This document shows positions 29,540 through 40,320 of a stretch of DNA of 64,000 bases, piece by piece. Numbering within the stretch: position 1 is the stretch's first letter; each line of letters starts with the position of its first letter. The translations under genes were made by a program, and so were the position numbers. Origin of the DNA: a bacterium (GTDB lineage Bacteria; JAHJDO01); NCBI GenBank assembly GCA_043824255.1, contig JBDRTG010000047.1, positions 32,001-96,000 of the forward strand, written 5' to 3'. The notes under the pieces are model-generated. The model saw only the letters and a list, made by a program, of their open reading frames with translations. It was not told where the DNA came from and did no database searches.

Positions 29540-30652
29540 TCACAAGGTTTTGCCCATTAATACCGTCATTGGAACACGATAATTTTCAGGATGTGTTATA
29601 TTCTCATGCATTTTTTCTATCAAAATCTGAACAGTCTTTTCGCCTATTGCCAAAGGATCTATTTTCATGCTGGTTATTATCGGTTCTTTATAGTATGAAT
29701 ACTTCTTTGCACAAAATGTAACAATCCCGAGCTCCTCAGGAACCCGTATTTTAAGAACAGCTGCCCTGTCACATACATCTCTTGCAAATGAATCAGAAGT
29801 TGATAACACAGCTAACCTGTTACGCGAATTTTTAGCTTTTATTTTCTTTCTATACTCCAGCATCTCATCTATAACGAGTGTCTTTTCTCTATCAGCTTCC
29901 TTTATAAGAATATTTTTTTCTGGTATGCCATGGGCATCTAAGGTCTTAATATAACCATCAAATCTTTCCGCATGATTCCTGGAGTCTGGATGGTAATATA
30001 TTGCAAAATGCGTATATTTAAGATTCAGAGCCATATTTACAGACTGTGTTGCACCATCAATATTATCAGGTGATACAGAATCAATATTAACGTCCGAAGC
30101 CCTGTTAACCAGAACCATGGGCTTGGTATTTTTGATAACTTCTGCAATCAGAGAATCAGGAATACCTTCATCTAATATATATCCATCCACTTTATCTTCC
30201 AGTTCAGCAATGGAATATTTTATACTGTTAAGGGCGTTCATATTTCTACTCAAATCTTTATTTATCATTACTTCAATACAGTGTGGCAAAAATATGTTGA
30301 ATTTATTTCTAGTACATTCTGATTCCATTCCAAACGTAATCTCATGGAAATAATTATCATAAAGATCAACAGGTCTTATTGGCCGGATTATACAGGCGAT
30401 TGTATTTAGGAGCTTGTTTCTTTTAGAACTTTTATTGACCTTTTTAACAAAGTAACCTCTTCCCTCCAGTTTAAAGATATATCCTTTAGAAGCAAGCTCG
30501 TTAAATGCCCTGAGAGCTGTTATATGACTTACCTTGTATTTTTTTATAATCTCCGTTATGGATGGGATTTGAGAGTTTTGCGGGAGCTTACCTTTATTAA
30601 TTAATTTTATAATGTCCCCAACAATTTTCTGGTATAAAAGCGTAATTGCCAT
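29540..30652 (-). CDS. GntR-HTH / LacI-type sensor transcriptional regulator (AraR architecture)
   Basis: LYQKI...IPS...VSHITA...GRGYFV plus periplasmic-binding-protein-like C-domain (RVPEELGIV). Confidence 0.9.
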   Translation of the reverse strand: MAITLLYQKIVGDIIKLINKGKLPQNSQIPSITEIIKKYKVSHITALRAFNELASKGYIFKLEGRGYFVKKVNKSSKRNKLLNTIACIIRPIRPVDLYDNYFHEITFGMESECTRNKFNIFLPHCIEVMINKDLSRNMNALNSIKYSIAELEDKVDGYILDEGIPDSLIAEVIKNTKPMVLVNRASDVNIDSVSPDNIDGATQSVNMALNLKYTHFAIYYHPDSRNHAERFDGYIKTLDAHGIPEKNILIKEADREKTLVIDEMLEYRKKIKAKNSRNRLAVLSTSDSFARDVCDRAAVLKIRVPEELGIVTFCAKKYSYYKEPIITSMKIDPLAIGEKTVQILIEKMHENITHPENYRVPMTVLMGKTL

Positions 30653-30675
30653 GATTTGCCCCCTAACCTGAGGAC

Positions 30676-30704
30676 ATATTAGCACCCACTAAAGAAAATG
30701 TCAA
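30676..30704 (-). promoter_or_regulatory. sigma70-type promoter of the GntR-prepilin operon
   Basis: TTGACA-17nt-TAATAT with extended TG. Confidence 0.7.
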
Positions 30705-30859
30705 GGGGTTTTTGAGAGTTTCCTCATAGTGATACCTTTTGTTTTGACAAAACCGGAAAGCTCCATGTAAAGTTTTTGCACCGCTGATTGATCCGTATGA
30801 TGAAAAGGTGAATTTTCTGTGTTTTTTTTTCTTGCCTATTAATTTTTCCCCACCCCCTT

Positions 30860-31822
30860 TCAAAGAAATTTCTCAATCCTCTCAATTATTTCTGTAACTA
30901 CTTTCCCTTCCTCTCCAGATGGGATTGGATTTGTACCTGATTCTACACAATCTATAAAATATCTTATAGGCTCATCCTCAGTTACTGAATCCAGCACAAA
31001 TGGTGTTTGATAACTATCTGCTGTTATACTGATGCATTCTTTATCTCCTTCAATCTCTATTTTGCCTTTTGTTCCAAGAATATCCATTCTAAAATCAATA
31101 ATATTCCTCCAGCCTCTTGGAACAATCCAGCTTGATTCGATAGAAACAAGACACTTTTTAAATTCTAACTGAGCTTGTACAACATCATAACAATCAATAC
31201 CCTTGGAAAAAAGTAGACCCTTTTTACCTTTAGCAAATATGGCTTTTGGCTTCTTTTCGCCTAAAAACCACAGTATTAAATCCACAGTGTGAGGAAACAG
31301 GAACCAGTGGGGACCTGATTTTTCCGCCCAGGAGAGCCAATGGGTTGCAACATCTATCCTGTCTGATAATCTTGCATATATTGATACAGGCTCTCCAATT
31401 TCATCTCTGTCAATTCTCTTTTTTGCCTCTTTTATTGGCGGATACCAGCGGTTATGAAAATTCACCATTAGCTTTCCTCTACCTTTTTTCTGTGCTTCTA
31501 TAATCCGGTCGCATTCTGAGACAGACATTGCCATTGGCTTTTCAAGTAAAACATGTTTTCCAGCTTCAAGCATTTTTATTGCAGGTTCTGTATGTGCGAA
31601 GTCAGGGGTTGCAATACTCACAATTTTTATCCTATCGTCACTTGCTATCTCATCTAGGTTTGTTGCATACTCACAGCCGTATTTTTCACTAATTTCTTTT
31701 GCGTGTTTCTCAGTCCTGCTCCATACAGAAATCAGCTCTGTCCTCGAGTCTTTTTTATAGGTTCTTACATGAACCTCTCCATAAATCCCAATACCAAGAA
31801 CTGCTGTACCTATTTTATTCAC
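30860..31822 (-). CDS. Gfo/Idh/MocA oxidoreductase
   Basis: GIGIYG, ATPDFAH, EKPMA, FHNRW. Confidence 0.9.
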   Translation of the reverse strand: MNKIGTAVLGIGIYGEVHVRTYKKDSRTELISVWSRTEKHAKEISEKYGCEYATNLDEIASDDRIKIVSIATPDFAHTEPAIKMLEAGKHVLLEKPMAMSVSECDRIIEAQKKGRGKLMVNFHNRWYPPIKEAKKRIDRDEIGEPVSIYARLSDRIDVATHWLSWAEKSGPHWFLFPHTVDLILWFLGEKKPKAIFAKGKKGLLFSKGIDCYDVVQAQLEFKKCLVSIESSWIVPRGWRNIIDFRMDILGTKGKIEIEGDKECISITADSYQTPFVLDSVTEDEPIRYFIDCVESGTNPIPSGEEGKVVTEIIERIEKFL

Positions 31823-33287
31823 ACATATACCTTTCTAAATTATACTTTTTATAATCAACTTTTTCCCTTTTGAAAATTTCCTTAACTATTCTATTGACTT
31901 CTTCTTTTTTGTTATTATCAATTCCCTTGGCTTTATGTGTTTTTAGGATCTCTTCAACTTTCTCCTTAGCTCTTTTTAGAATATCTTTTTTGCCTTTTGA
32001 TGACCACGTTGTGTATGGCGTTCTGTCTGCTAGCTTTGGAAACCAGAGCTCATCTTTAAAATGTCTGAATGTGTGTTCCGTTGGCAGGTATGTTCCATCA
32101 TGCCCAACTTCCTTTATTACATCAACTGCAAGTGTATCCTCATTTATTTCAAATCCCTTCCTTAATCTAAGCACTTGTCCTGCTATTTCGTTATCAATAA
32201 CCGTCTGTTCGTAATTCGCACTTAATGCAAAATCAAGCATACCGCCAGTTAGACTCATACAGTCGCAACCTGCAAGTGCAGGTAGAATAAACGTCATCAT
32301 TTTCTCATAAGACGCCTGCGCATCCGGCGCTTTTGAGTCAGTTGTCCCCATCATAATATTTGTCGGAAATTTATACCATTTGCCAAGCTGCGCAGCTGCC
32401 GCGCCATAAAGGGCAGTTTCCGGTGTGCCAAATGAGTGAGAACCAACTGCCATATCCATTATACCTCCGTATGAGGGGGCATATATAATGGGACAACCTG
32501 GTTTGATTATTTGAGCTAATATTACTGCTGACAGGGTTTCTGCATTTGCCTGAACTAAGGCGCCTGCAATTGTTACAGGGTGAGTTGAACCACAGAAAGG
32601 CATAGGTAAAATCTCAAGTGGTATTTCTACCTTTGCTCCTTCCAGAATACCCCATATACTTCTTCCCCAGATAAGCGCGCTATCAGGACATATTGTAGTT
32701 GCCCATGTCTTATTCTTTTTAAGTTTATCTGTTCCTCCCGATGCTGCGGATAGGATTTGGATAGTGTCCTGAGCTGTTTGTTTATCCAAAGCATACCAGC
32801 AGCAGGATGGTTTTGACATATTACAAGCGGCATTTTGATCCCAGACTGCATGCATAACATTATGCGGAATCTCAGCCGGCTGAACAACACTGTTTCCAAT
32901 ATAAAAATTATCAAGAGCATCCACTAATTTTGTGAACTTAACCATATCCTGAATGGTAGGCTTTCTCCTCTCGTATGTATCAGAATCTATGATATGGATT
33001 GGTAGAGAGCCTCCTCCCATGTATAGACTGTCACTACCAAAATCACAGTCATATTTTGAATCAATGCCCTTTCTTACAAACCTGCTGGGAACTTTTTTAA
33101 TATATTTCTCAACCTGTTCAGGCTTGAATTTGACTATTCCATCTTTACTTACAAAAAATCCAGCATCTGAGAATATAGCAAGTGCCTCTTTCAATGTGAA
33201 CTTCACGCCTAGATTTTTCATTATATCCAGTGTTGATCCATGAATTTTGTTGAGTTCGACTTCAGTCAGTATCTTATAATTTCTCAT
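31815..33287 (-). CDS. Non-pyrrolysine MttB-superfamily methyltransferase
   Basis: PVTIAGALVQANAE, GTPE, DSKAPDAQASYEK, EQTVIDNE; no in-frame TAG. Confidence 0.9.
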   Translation of the reverse strand: MRNYKILTEVELNKIHGSTLDIMKNLGVKFTLKEALAIFSDAGFFVSKDGIVKFKPEQVEKYIKKVPSRFVRKGIDSKYDCDFGSDSLYMGGGSLPIHIIDSDTYERRKPTIQDMVKFTKLVDALDNFYIGNSVVQPAEIPHNVMHAVWDQNAACNMSKPSCCWYALDKQTAQDTIQILSAASGGTDKLKKNKTWATTICPDSALIWGRSIWGILEGAKVEIPLEILPMPFCGSTHPVTIAGALVQANAETLSAVILAQIIKPGCPIIYAPSYGGIMDMAVGSHSFGTPETALYGAAAAQLGKWYKFPTNIMMGTTDSKAPDAQASYEKMMTFILPALAGCDCMSLTGGMLDFALSANYEQTVIDNEIAGQVLRLRKGFEINEDTLAVDVIKEVGHDGTYLPTEHTFRHFKDELWFPKLADRTPYTTWSSKGKKDILKRAKEKVEEILKTHKAKGIDNNKKEEVNRIVKEIFKREKVDYKKYNLERYMCE

Positions 33288-33298
33288 GTTGGCACCTT

Positions 33299-34324
33299 TT
33301 ATCTATTTATCCTTTGTTCTTTCCCACTCATAATTGCCTTATGTCCAGCCAGAATTATTTCAAGGCTTTTGTATGCATCCTTTAATCCATGCATCGGGTC
33401 TTTATCCTTCTCTATGTATTCTATTAAATTTTCTAGTTGAGCACCTGTTGGTTTTAATTCTCCCTTAACATTTATCATCTCATAATGGTCAGGATATGAG
33501 TAATACTCAATTAAATCTCCCTCTTCAGAATGTTCAAATCTATGACTCTTATATATCAGTCTTATCCTGCCTTTTGGTCCTATGAATTCCTTCTCGTTAA
33601 AATTTCTGAAATTATGTCCCCAACCCACTTCATAGGTTCCAACAGAACCGTCGTTAAATCTTATGGTTATTATGCCCCAATCATATTTATTCTTTGGAGT
33701 CTCTTTCTCAACTCTCAATCCTGCTCCTGTTACACTCGTTGCTTCTCTGCCGGTAAACCATCTCATTACATCTATATAATGACAACCGCAGTCTATTATT
33801 GGAGATGTGTCTTTTATTAATGCCTGGTCCTGTTCCCAATGAGGACGGGTAATTATATGTTCCGCTCCAGCCATCCTCATTATTATTGGCTTGCCAATAT
33901 ACCCATTCTCTATCATCTGAGCCATTTTTTGATATGACTTGTTATGCCTTAAAATATACCCTATTCTCATTTTTTTCTTTGTTTGGCTTACTGCTTTTAG
34001 CACTCTTTCTGCATCTTTTAAAGTTTTGGTAATAGGTTTCTCACACAGTATATGCTTACCTGCTTTCATACTGTTTATGGAAATCTCTGCATGGGACGAA
34101 GGCCATGTTGTAATAATGACAATATCCACTTCATCTCGCTGAATTAGCTTTTTATAATCTGTCTCCCAGATTCTTGCATTATATTTTTGAGCAGACTCTT
34201 TTGCTCGCTTAGAAACGATATCTGCAACACCAATTAATTCACATCTCTTATTCTCTGTAATTGCCTGCAAGTGTCTTTTACTTGTTGCCCCACAGCCAAT
34301 TAGAACTACACCGTATCTTTCCAT
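33299..34324 (-). CDS. Gfo/Idh/MocA oxidoreductase
   Basis: IGCGA, CEKPI, DCGCHYID. Confidence 0.9.
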   Translation of the reverse strand: MERYGVVLIGCGATSKRHLQAITENKRCELIGVADIVSKRAKESAQKYNARIWETDYKKLIQRDEVDIVIITTWPSSHAEISINSMKAGKHILCEKPITKTLKDAERVLKAVSQTKKKMRIGYILRHNKSYQKMAQMIENGYIGKPIIMRMAGAEHIITRPHWEQDQALIKDTSPIIDCGCHYIDVMRWFTGREATSVTGAGLRVEKETPKNKYDWGIITIRFNDGSVGTYEVGWGHNFRNFNEKEFIGPKGRIRLIYKSHRFEHSEEGDLIEYYSYPDHYEMINVKGELKPTGAQLENLIEYIEKDKDPMHGLKDAYKSLEIILAGHKAIMSGKEQRINR

Positions 34325-34348
34325 TTTCTCTCCTATGCTCTAAAGTGA

Positions 34349-35086
34349 CTAATCAAGTTTTAATCTAAAGACGCGTTCTGCATTTTTATAAAGAATTTTT
34401 CCTTCATCATTATCAGAACGCTTTGCTTTTCTTAGTCTTTGTAATATCACGCTCGGATGGTGCAAAGGTATATCGGAGCCAAAAAGGATTTTATCTGCTC
34501 CAGCCAGTTCAATTATATGTTCAAGCTTGCCTGCTTCATAATTAACGGATATTTCCAGATAAAAATTCTTATATTTACTCGCTAATTCAGCCATTTCAAA
34601 AGAGGAGAATCCAGCATGTCCAGCAATAAGAACTAAATTTCTGTGTTTCTTTAGTACTTTCTTCAGTGTATTAGAGTTACATGTGCTATCACTTTCAGCT
34701 GAATGAGTCAAAATTGGAATATTCATTTCTTCACACATTGCCAGTACAGGTTCTGCTAATGACCCGCAAATAGGATAGTAATGCCTCGAAGGATGAAGTT
34801 TAACTCCAACATATGGTTTATTAGTAAAACTCTTTAATTCACTAATTGCTTCTTTCTTATACCACGGATTTACACATGCTAAGGGCAATATCTCTTTATG
34901 CTTTTTTGCAGCTAGCAGTATTTCGTTGTTACCCTCCTTACAATCATAGCAAATACTTTTTGCTGAGCTTGCTATCACATAATCTATTTTTTCTTCTTTG
35001 AGCATATCTACAATATCTTCTGCTTCGCTTCTGGCAAGAGGCCAAGGTGGAAACTTACCTATATGTCCGTGCGCATCAATAATCAT
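34349..35086 (-). CDS. Amidohydrolase_2 family protein
   Basis: IIDAHGH, KLHP, FGSDIP. Confidence 0.85.
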   Translation of the reverse strand: MIIDAHGHIGKFPPWPLARSEAEDIVDMLKEEKIDYVIASSAKSICYDCKEGNNEILLAAKKHKEILPLACVNPWYKKEAISELKSFTNKPYVGVKLHPSRHYYPICGSLAEPVLAMCEEMNIPILTHSAESDSTCNSNTLKKVLKKHRNLVLIAGHAGFSSFEMAELASKYKNFYLEISVNYEAGKLEHIIELAGADKILFGSDIPLHHPSVILQRLRKAKRSDNDEGKILYKNAERVFRLKLD

Positions 35087-35144
35087 TTTTCTCCTTCTAT
35101 TCACTTCAATTAAATCTGTTAAGTCAGTAATTTTAATATGTACC

Positions 35145-36206
35145 TTACGAAAGTGGCAATTTACCTTTTTCCTTTAATACTTCTGTCACAGTTTTCATAT
35201 ATCTTTGCCAGACACATGGAGTAAGGTTTTCTGTGTTACTGATAAGAAACCTATCACCAGGCACAGCATCTTTTAACAACTTTAGTGTATATACCCTGAT
35301 TTCTTTTGGTGTTTTCAAATGAAAAGAAGCAGGATAGTTAATCCATAACACTTTGTCTTTCCATAATCTTCTTGCTTCGGGAATCGATAGGTCACCATCC
35401 GGTGGCGGAGTAAACGCTTCAACTATATTTATACTAGAATCAGCAATAGCATGTTTGAGATGATTGAGCTTTCCATCCATGTGAACCGCCACAAGTTTTC
35501 CCTTTGGATGTAGATGAGAAGCCAACTCGTTATAACAGTTGACAACATATTTCTGAAAACGCTCAAGACCTATCATTTCACTGGTGATATTATCCCCATG
35601 CCAAATAACTTCAGCTGGTGATTCTGCAGCAATTTGATATAATTCTCGGTGTTTCTTAAACATAGTTTCATAAAGAGAGTTTATCAGTTCAGGATGTTCA
35701 TAAAAATCAACAGCGAATCTTTCAGGACCCATTAGCATTATAATCATTTCTTGCATTGGTGTATAAGGTAAGTTCCCTGCCACATAACCATCCTCTCCCA
35801 TATCTTTTTCTATTTCTAAGAACTCTTCGTAGTTTGGCTTATAAAAGGTATTTTGAATCATGAATTCAACTATCTTATAATCCTCTGCTTTTTTAATATA
35901 GAATTCAAAGCGAAGTTTTGTACCAAATCCTCCGCCTGTGCGTAATCTTTCCTCTACTTCTCCAACAGGAGTATGAATGAATTTTCGGATAAGCTGCTTC
36001 CCATTCTCCCAGTATTCTTCTTTACAAATTTTCACTTTATCCATGTAAGATTTATATATTGGAACTCTCCTGAGAAACCCTAAACCAGCATTGCGAAGTT
36101 CCCGTTCTGTCTCTCCTTGAGGAATATCCCCTGCGTATACAGTAAAAGGAACTATATCTGCCATCTCACCATGGAGACTTTTTATAATTCGCTCTCTAAT
36201 AGTCAT
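35145..36206 (-). CDS. URO-D/MtaA-CmuA family protein
   Basis: M..RERI start, GDN, HMDG, EAFTPPPDGD. Confidence 0.7.
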   Translation of the reverse strand: MTIRERIIKSLHGEMADIVPFTVYAGDIPQGETERELRNAGLGFLRRVPIYKSYMDKVKICKEEYWENGKQLIRKFIHTPVGEVEERLRTGGGFGTKLRFEFYIKKAEDYKIVEFMIQNTFYKPNYEEFLEIEKDMGEDGYVAGNLPYTPMQEMIIMLMGPERFAVDFYEHPELINSLYETMFKKHRELYQIAAESPAEVIWHGDNITSEMIGLERFQKYVVNCYNELASHLHPKGKLVAVHMDGKLNHLKHAIADSSINIVEAFTPPPDGDLSIPEARRLWKDKVLWINYPASFHLKTPKEIRVYTLKLLKDAVPGDRFLISNTENLTPCVWQRYMKTVTEVLKEKGKLPLS

Positions 36207-36218
36207 TCTATCTTTTCC

Positions 36219-36860
36219 TTATTTTTCTATTATAATTACCCTGCAAGGACAGGCACATATCTTTTCTATCTTGGGCGGCACTGCAATTAATTTTACTTGA
36301 GGCTTTGTAATCTTATCGAGGTTCACTAATGGAGCCAGAATTAATGCCCCTTTTCCAAAAAGCATGTTAACCAATCCTTCAGAATTCTGCGGATCATCAA
36401 AACACGGAATATCTCCGCCAATGATTGAAGGGTTTTTATCAAGCAACCATTCTATTGCTTCCTTTGTAAAATGAGGACTTTTTTCCACAAAATCTTTATG
36501 ATCCCACATTCTGTCCCAGCCAGTTCTTATAATTAAAGCTTTGTTTTTCTCAAGAGGGATATCCAAAGAAACAAGTTCATCTAATGTAATATGCTCAAGA
36601 GGATTCTTGTCTTTTAATTTAAACACAATAGCCTCTGTCATCATTCTCGTTAGAGGGATTTCAATTAAACTCGGTTGATTAGCTAATCTGTGTGCTCCAG
36701 TTTCTAAATATGTTCCTGAGATTGAACCTAAAAGCATACTAAAACTGCTGTCTCCGTCATCACTCAAATTAGATACTTCCTTGATTTCTACTTCAGGAAG
36801 AGGCGCACCATATGACCATATCCCATTTTTAATTGTGCCTGTTATATCTATGATTTTCAT
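36219..36860 (-). CDS. Cyclase family protein (kynurenine formamidase-like)
   Basis: IIDIT, GTYLETGAH, IRTGW, LVNL...CPCR. Confidence 0.8.
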   Translation of the reverse strand: MKIIDITGTIKNGIWSYGAPLPEVEIKEVSNLSDDGDSSFSMLLGSISGTYLETGAHRLANQPSLIEIPLTRMMTEAIVFKLKDKNPLEHITLDELVSLDIPLEKNKALIIRTGWDRMWDHKDFVEKSPHFTKEAIEWLLDKNPSIIGGDIPCFDDPQNSEGLVNMLFGKGALILAPLVNLDKITKPQVKLIAVPPKIEKICACPCRVIIIEK

Positions 36861-37876
36861 ATCTCTACCAATGCCTTCATAAAACCCTCTGGTTTTTCTA
36901 TCATCATATTAAATCCGTCCATGATATTATCCAATTTGATTCGTGCACTTATTAACGGTTTTACATCTATCTTGCCTGATGCGAGAATATCTAATGCACG
37001 AGAATATGTGTATGGATTAACCCACGAGCCCATAATTGTTAATTCTTTTGAAAGAATATCAAAAGGGACAAAACTTGCTTTTTCTCCCTCTGGTGCAAAA
37101 CCAAATATAAGTATTCTTCCTCCTCTTTTTGCTAAATCAAGTGCCTGCTCAATTGTTGAAGTATGACCAACTACTTCAACAACTACATCAGCACCCAAGC
37201 CTTCTGTTAAATCTAATACAGTTTTCTTAACATCTTCAGTTTCGGGATTGATAACGTGTTTTGCACCAAACCTTTTAGCCATCTGAATTCTCGAATCCTC
37301 TGGTTCTATAAGTATTACTTTACCGGCTCCAGAATGCAGGGCAAATTGCAAGTGAATTTGTCCCATTGGCCCTCCGCCTATTATAACCACATCATCTCCC
37401 GGTCTGTAGTCAATCCTGTCTACTCCATGAACTACACACGAGAGAGGCTCAGTAAATGCAGCTGATTCAAAATCAAGATCATCAGGAATCTTATAAACAC
37501 CTTTTTCTCCTGCTGTAGCATATTCCGCAAACCCGCCATCGCGCAATACACCGTAAGCTGCAAGATTGTTGCAAAAACAGGGTTGGGAATTCCTGCACCA
37601 ATAACACGCTCCACAGCTTTCATTTGGATCACTGACAACCCTGTCTCCAACCTTGAAATTCCTAACCTCTTTACCTGCTTCAACAATCTCTCCGGAATAT
37701 TCATGTCCCAGGACAACAGGCATTTTAGCTGTGTACTGTCCGTCATATAACTTCATATCAGTACCGCAAATACCGCAGACTTTTACCTTGATCAATACCT
37801 CGTTATCCTTCGGCTTGGGAACAGGAATATCCTTAACTATTATTTTTCTTATTGTTTCTAACACTGCTGCTTTCAC
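36857..37876 (-). CDS. Zinc-dependent alcohol/polyol dehydrogenase
   Basis: CGTD, GHE, structural Zn cysteines, GGGPMG; likely GTG start after AGGAG. Confidence 0.9.
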   Translation of the reverse strand: MKAAVLETIRKIIVKDIPVPKPKDNEVLIKVKVCGICGTDMKLYDGQYTAKMPVVLGHEYSGEIVEAGKEVRNFKVGDRVVSDPNESCGACYWCRNSQPCFCNNLAAYGVLRDGGFAEYATAGEKGVYKIPDDLDFESAAFTEPLSCVVHGVDRIDYRPGDDVVIIGGGPMGQIHLQFALHSGAGKVILIEPEDSRIQMAKRFGAKHVINPETEDVKKTVLDLTEGLGADVVVEVVGHTSTIEQALDLAKRGGRILIFGFAPEGEKASFVPFDILSKELTIMGSWVNPYTYSRALDILASGKIDVKPLISARIKLDNIMDGFNMMIEKPEGFMKALVEI

Positions 37877-37890
37877 CTTTTTTTCTCCTT

Positions 37891-38946
37891 TCAATTACTC
37901 TTTAATTCCACTGGTTTACCTGAACGTGCTGATTCTTCGCAAGCTAAGATTAAGCAGGTATTTAGCAGCCCATCTTCACCACTAGTCAGCGGCTTTTTTC
38001 CATCGCGGATACATTCCACAAAATGATAGATGCTTTCCACAGCAAATCCGAGCTGACGTTCATGGATCTCTGGTGTAATAAACATATCTGGGAACGAAAC
38101 ATCCGGAAACCCGTGAGGGGTTTTGGGCGTATATTTGGCAAACGCACGATTATGTGTTGGATCTAGATTAATGACTCCTTTGGAGCCAATAATTTCACAT
38201 TTGTGGTCAATCAAGGATGGTGAAGACTGTGGCAGTACCCAGCTATTTTCAACAACTGCCGTTGCGCCGTTTGCAAAGTCAAGCATTGTAATATACATAT
38301 CAGCTGTAGAAATACCCATGCCTGTAAGTATGCCTTCCTTGCGCTGGCAATACACACGTACAGGACTATTTCCCATAAGCCAGCAAGTAGTATCCAGAGC
38401 ATGACTGCCGAGGAATAACATCACAGATGATTTCCCTGCCCATGGTAGCATTTTTGTCGGAACGTAGATTGTATCACTCAGCCGGTAATAGATATAGCTG
38501 ATATCGCCCAGTTCATTATTGCGAATTGCACACCATGCATAATAGAATGGAGGATTCCAACGATTATGCCAGTCAATCATCAAATATACATTAGCCGCTG
38601 AGGCTGCTTGTATCATACGCTTGCATTCCCCAACTGTCGTTGCAAGTGGTTTCTCAACCAGAATATGTATTCCTCTTTCTGCTGCTTTGATTGCAATATC
38701 TGCATGAGACGTATCTGGAGTAGCAATAGAGACACCATCTAAATCTTCCTCGAGCATATTTTCCACTCTGGTGTAATATCTGGGGATATTGAATTTTTTC
38801 ACTGCGTCTTGTGCACGTTCTTCATCTAAATCACAAACTGCGACTAGGTCTGCAGATGGATGCTGCATATAAGCACGTATGTGCATTCTCCCCCAGATAC
38901 CTGTTCCAATAACACCCAAGCGAACCCTTTTTGTTTTCATGATCAA
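37891..38946 (-). CDS. Gfo/Idh/MocA oxidoreductase
   Basis: IGTGIWG, ATPD, EKPLA, WHNRW. Confidence 0.9.
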   Translation of the reverse strand: MIMKTKRVRLGVIGTGIWGRMHIRAYMQHPSADLVAVCDLDEERAQDAVKKFNIPRYYTRVENMLEEDLDGVSIATPDTSHADIAIKAAERGIHILVEKPLATTVGECKRMIQAASAANVYLMIDWHNRWNPPFYYAWCAIRNNELGDISYIYYRLSDTIYVPTKMLPWAGKSSVMLFLGSHALDTTCWLMGNSPVRVYCQRKEGILTGMGISTADMYITMLDFANGATAVVENSWVLPQSSPSLIDHKCEIIGSKGVINLDPTHNRAFAKYTPKTPHGFPDVSFPDMFITPEIHERQLGFAVESIYHFVECIRDGKKPLTSGEDGLLNTCLILACEESARSGKPVELKSN

Positions 38947-40271
38947 ATACCTTTCATTACTGTGAATACGTCGTCTACAACACGCAGGGTTCTCTCAACA
39001 TCCTCGTCAGTATGAGCTGCTGATAAGTACCATAACCCTTTCTCCGTTGGAAATATATGAACACCTCTATCGAGAAGTAGTTCTCTGAACATAAGATATT
39101 TTTCGCCTGTATCCCGGAAAGCATCTCGCATATCCCATATCTCTTGTTCATGAAAAGATACACAGAAAACTGCACCAGGTCCTTGAATACGCACTGTTTG
39201 ATTGTGTTTCTTTGCCAATTTGGTTATCTCTGCCATCATGTATCTTCCCATCTCATTAATACGTCTGATGATTGCACAGTTATCGCGCTTTAACTCATTC
39301 AGCACGGTCTTTGCTGCTATACAGCCTATAGCGTTGCCATTGAATGTACCTGCATGAACTACAAGACGTTCAGAGACTGGCTTCATAATCTCCTTGCTTG
39401 CACCGTAAGCAAAAATCGGAAATCCTCCACCAAGTGCCTTGTAACCGAGTGAAATATCAGGTGTAACACCCAAGAGTTCCTGTGCACCACCCAAAGCTGT
39501 TCTAATTCCTGTAATAGTTTCATCAAATATAAGCATTACATCATATTCTGTTGCAAGTTTTCTCAATCCTTCCAGATAACCTGGACGAGGCATAATAACA
39601 CCACAATTACTCATAATTGGTTCGGTAAGAATAGCTGCTATTTTACCATTGTGCATCTCGAGAGCTTTTTTTACATATTCCGGGTTATTCCATGGTAGAA
39701 TGACTACATCATCAAGTACACTTTTTGGAACTCCCTTTGAATAATTGTGTATAACGGGCTTTGGATTCTCACGCGTTCCGAAATCTTCGTTTTCATCCGG
39801 ATGGAAACTAAGAAAGATATTGTCCATCCAACCATGATAGTGACCTTCAAACTTAATAAATTTCTCTCGTCCAGTATAAGCACGTGCCAGACGTAATGCT
39901 GCCTGGACTGCTTCTGAACCAGTGTTGTTAAAATTCACCATTTCAAAGGATGGGATGATCTCAATAAGTAATTTGGAGACTTCTATTTGTAAGGGATGCG
40001 GTTCTCCAAATGCCGTGCCTTTATCTAACTGTGTCTTTATAGCATCATTGAGTACTTTTGGGCAATGTCCCAGAATTAACGGACCATAATTGAGAAGATA
40101 ATCAATATATTCTTTATCGTCTACATCATAAAGTTTACTTCCCGAACCATGCCTCATATACAATGGATGCGGTCTTGCAAAACTCTGAACTTGTGAGCCC
40201 ACACCCATAGCAAAAATCTTTTGTGCATCTTCATACATCTGTCTTGATTTAGGATATTCTTTCCACTGCAT
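38943..40271 (-). CDS. Class III PLP aminotransferase (GSA-aminomutase-like)
   Basis: NTGSEA, FEGHYHG, FDETITG, KALGGG, GTFNGN. Confidence 0.88.
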   Translation of the reverse strand: MQWKEYPKSRQMYEDAQKIFAMGVGSQVQSFARPHPLYMRHGSGSKLYDVDDKEYIDYLLNYGPLILGHCPKVLNDAIKTQLDKGTAFGEPHPLQIEVSKLLIEIIPSFEMVNFNNTGSEAVQAALRLARAYTGREKFIKFEGHYHGWMDNIFLSFHPDENEDFGTRENPKPVIHNYSKGVPKSVLDDVVILPWNNPEYVKKALEMHNGKIAAILTEPIMSNCGVIMPRPGYLEGLRKLATEYDVMLIFDETITGIRTALGGAQELLGVTPDISLGYKALGGGFPIFAYGASKEIMKPVSERLVVHAGTFNGNAIGCIAAKTVLNELKRDNCAIIRRINEMGRYMMAEITKLAKKHNQTVRIQGPGAVFCVSFHEQEIWDMRDAFRDTGEKYLMFRELLLDRGVHIFPTEKGLWYLSAAHTDEDVERTLRVVDDVFTVMKGI

Positions 40272-40320
40272 TTTCGATTCCCCTTTGTTCCGTACGCTTC
40301 GTAGTTAACCTGCCAAAAAA

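Noticed and set aside
30705..30859. Possible gene or IS remnant (66-aa ORF; KVFAPLIDPYDEKVNF-like text on + strand)
   Set aside because: No recognisable family, inverted repeats or start signals.
31815..33287. Pyrrolysine recoding in MttB
   Set aside because: The ORF is continuous with no in-frame TAG, and no pyl genes are in the window.
38943..40271. hemL, and hemE for the URO-D-family genes
   Set aside because: Context is catabolic with no other tetrapyrrole genes, and the sequences look divergent; only family-level calls are made.
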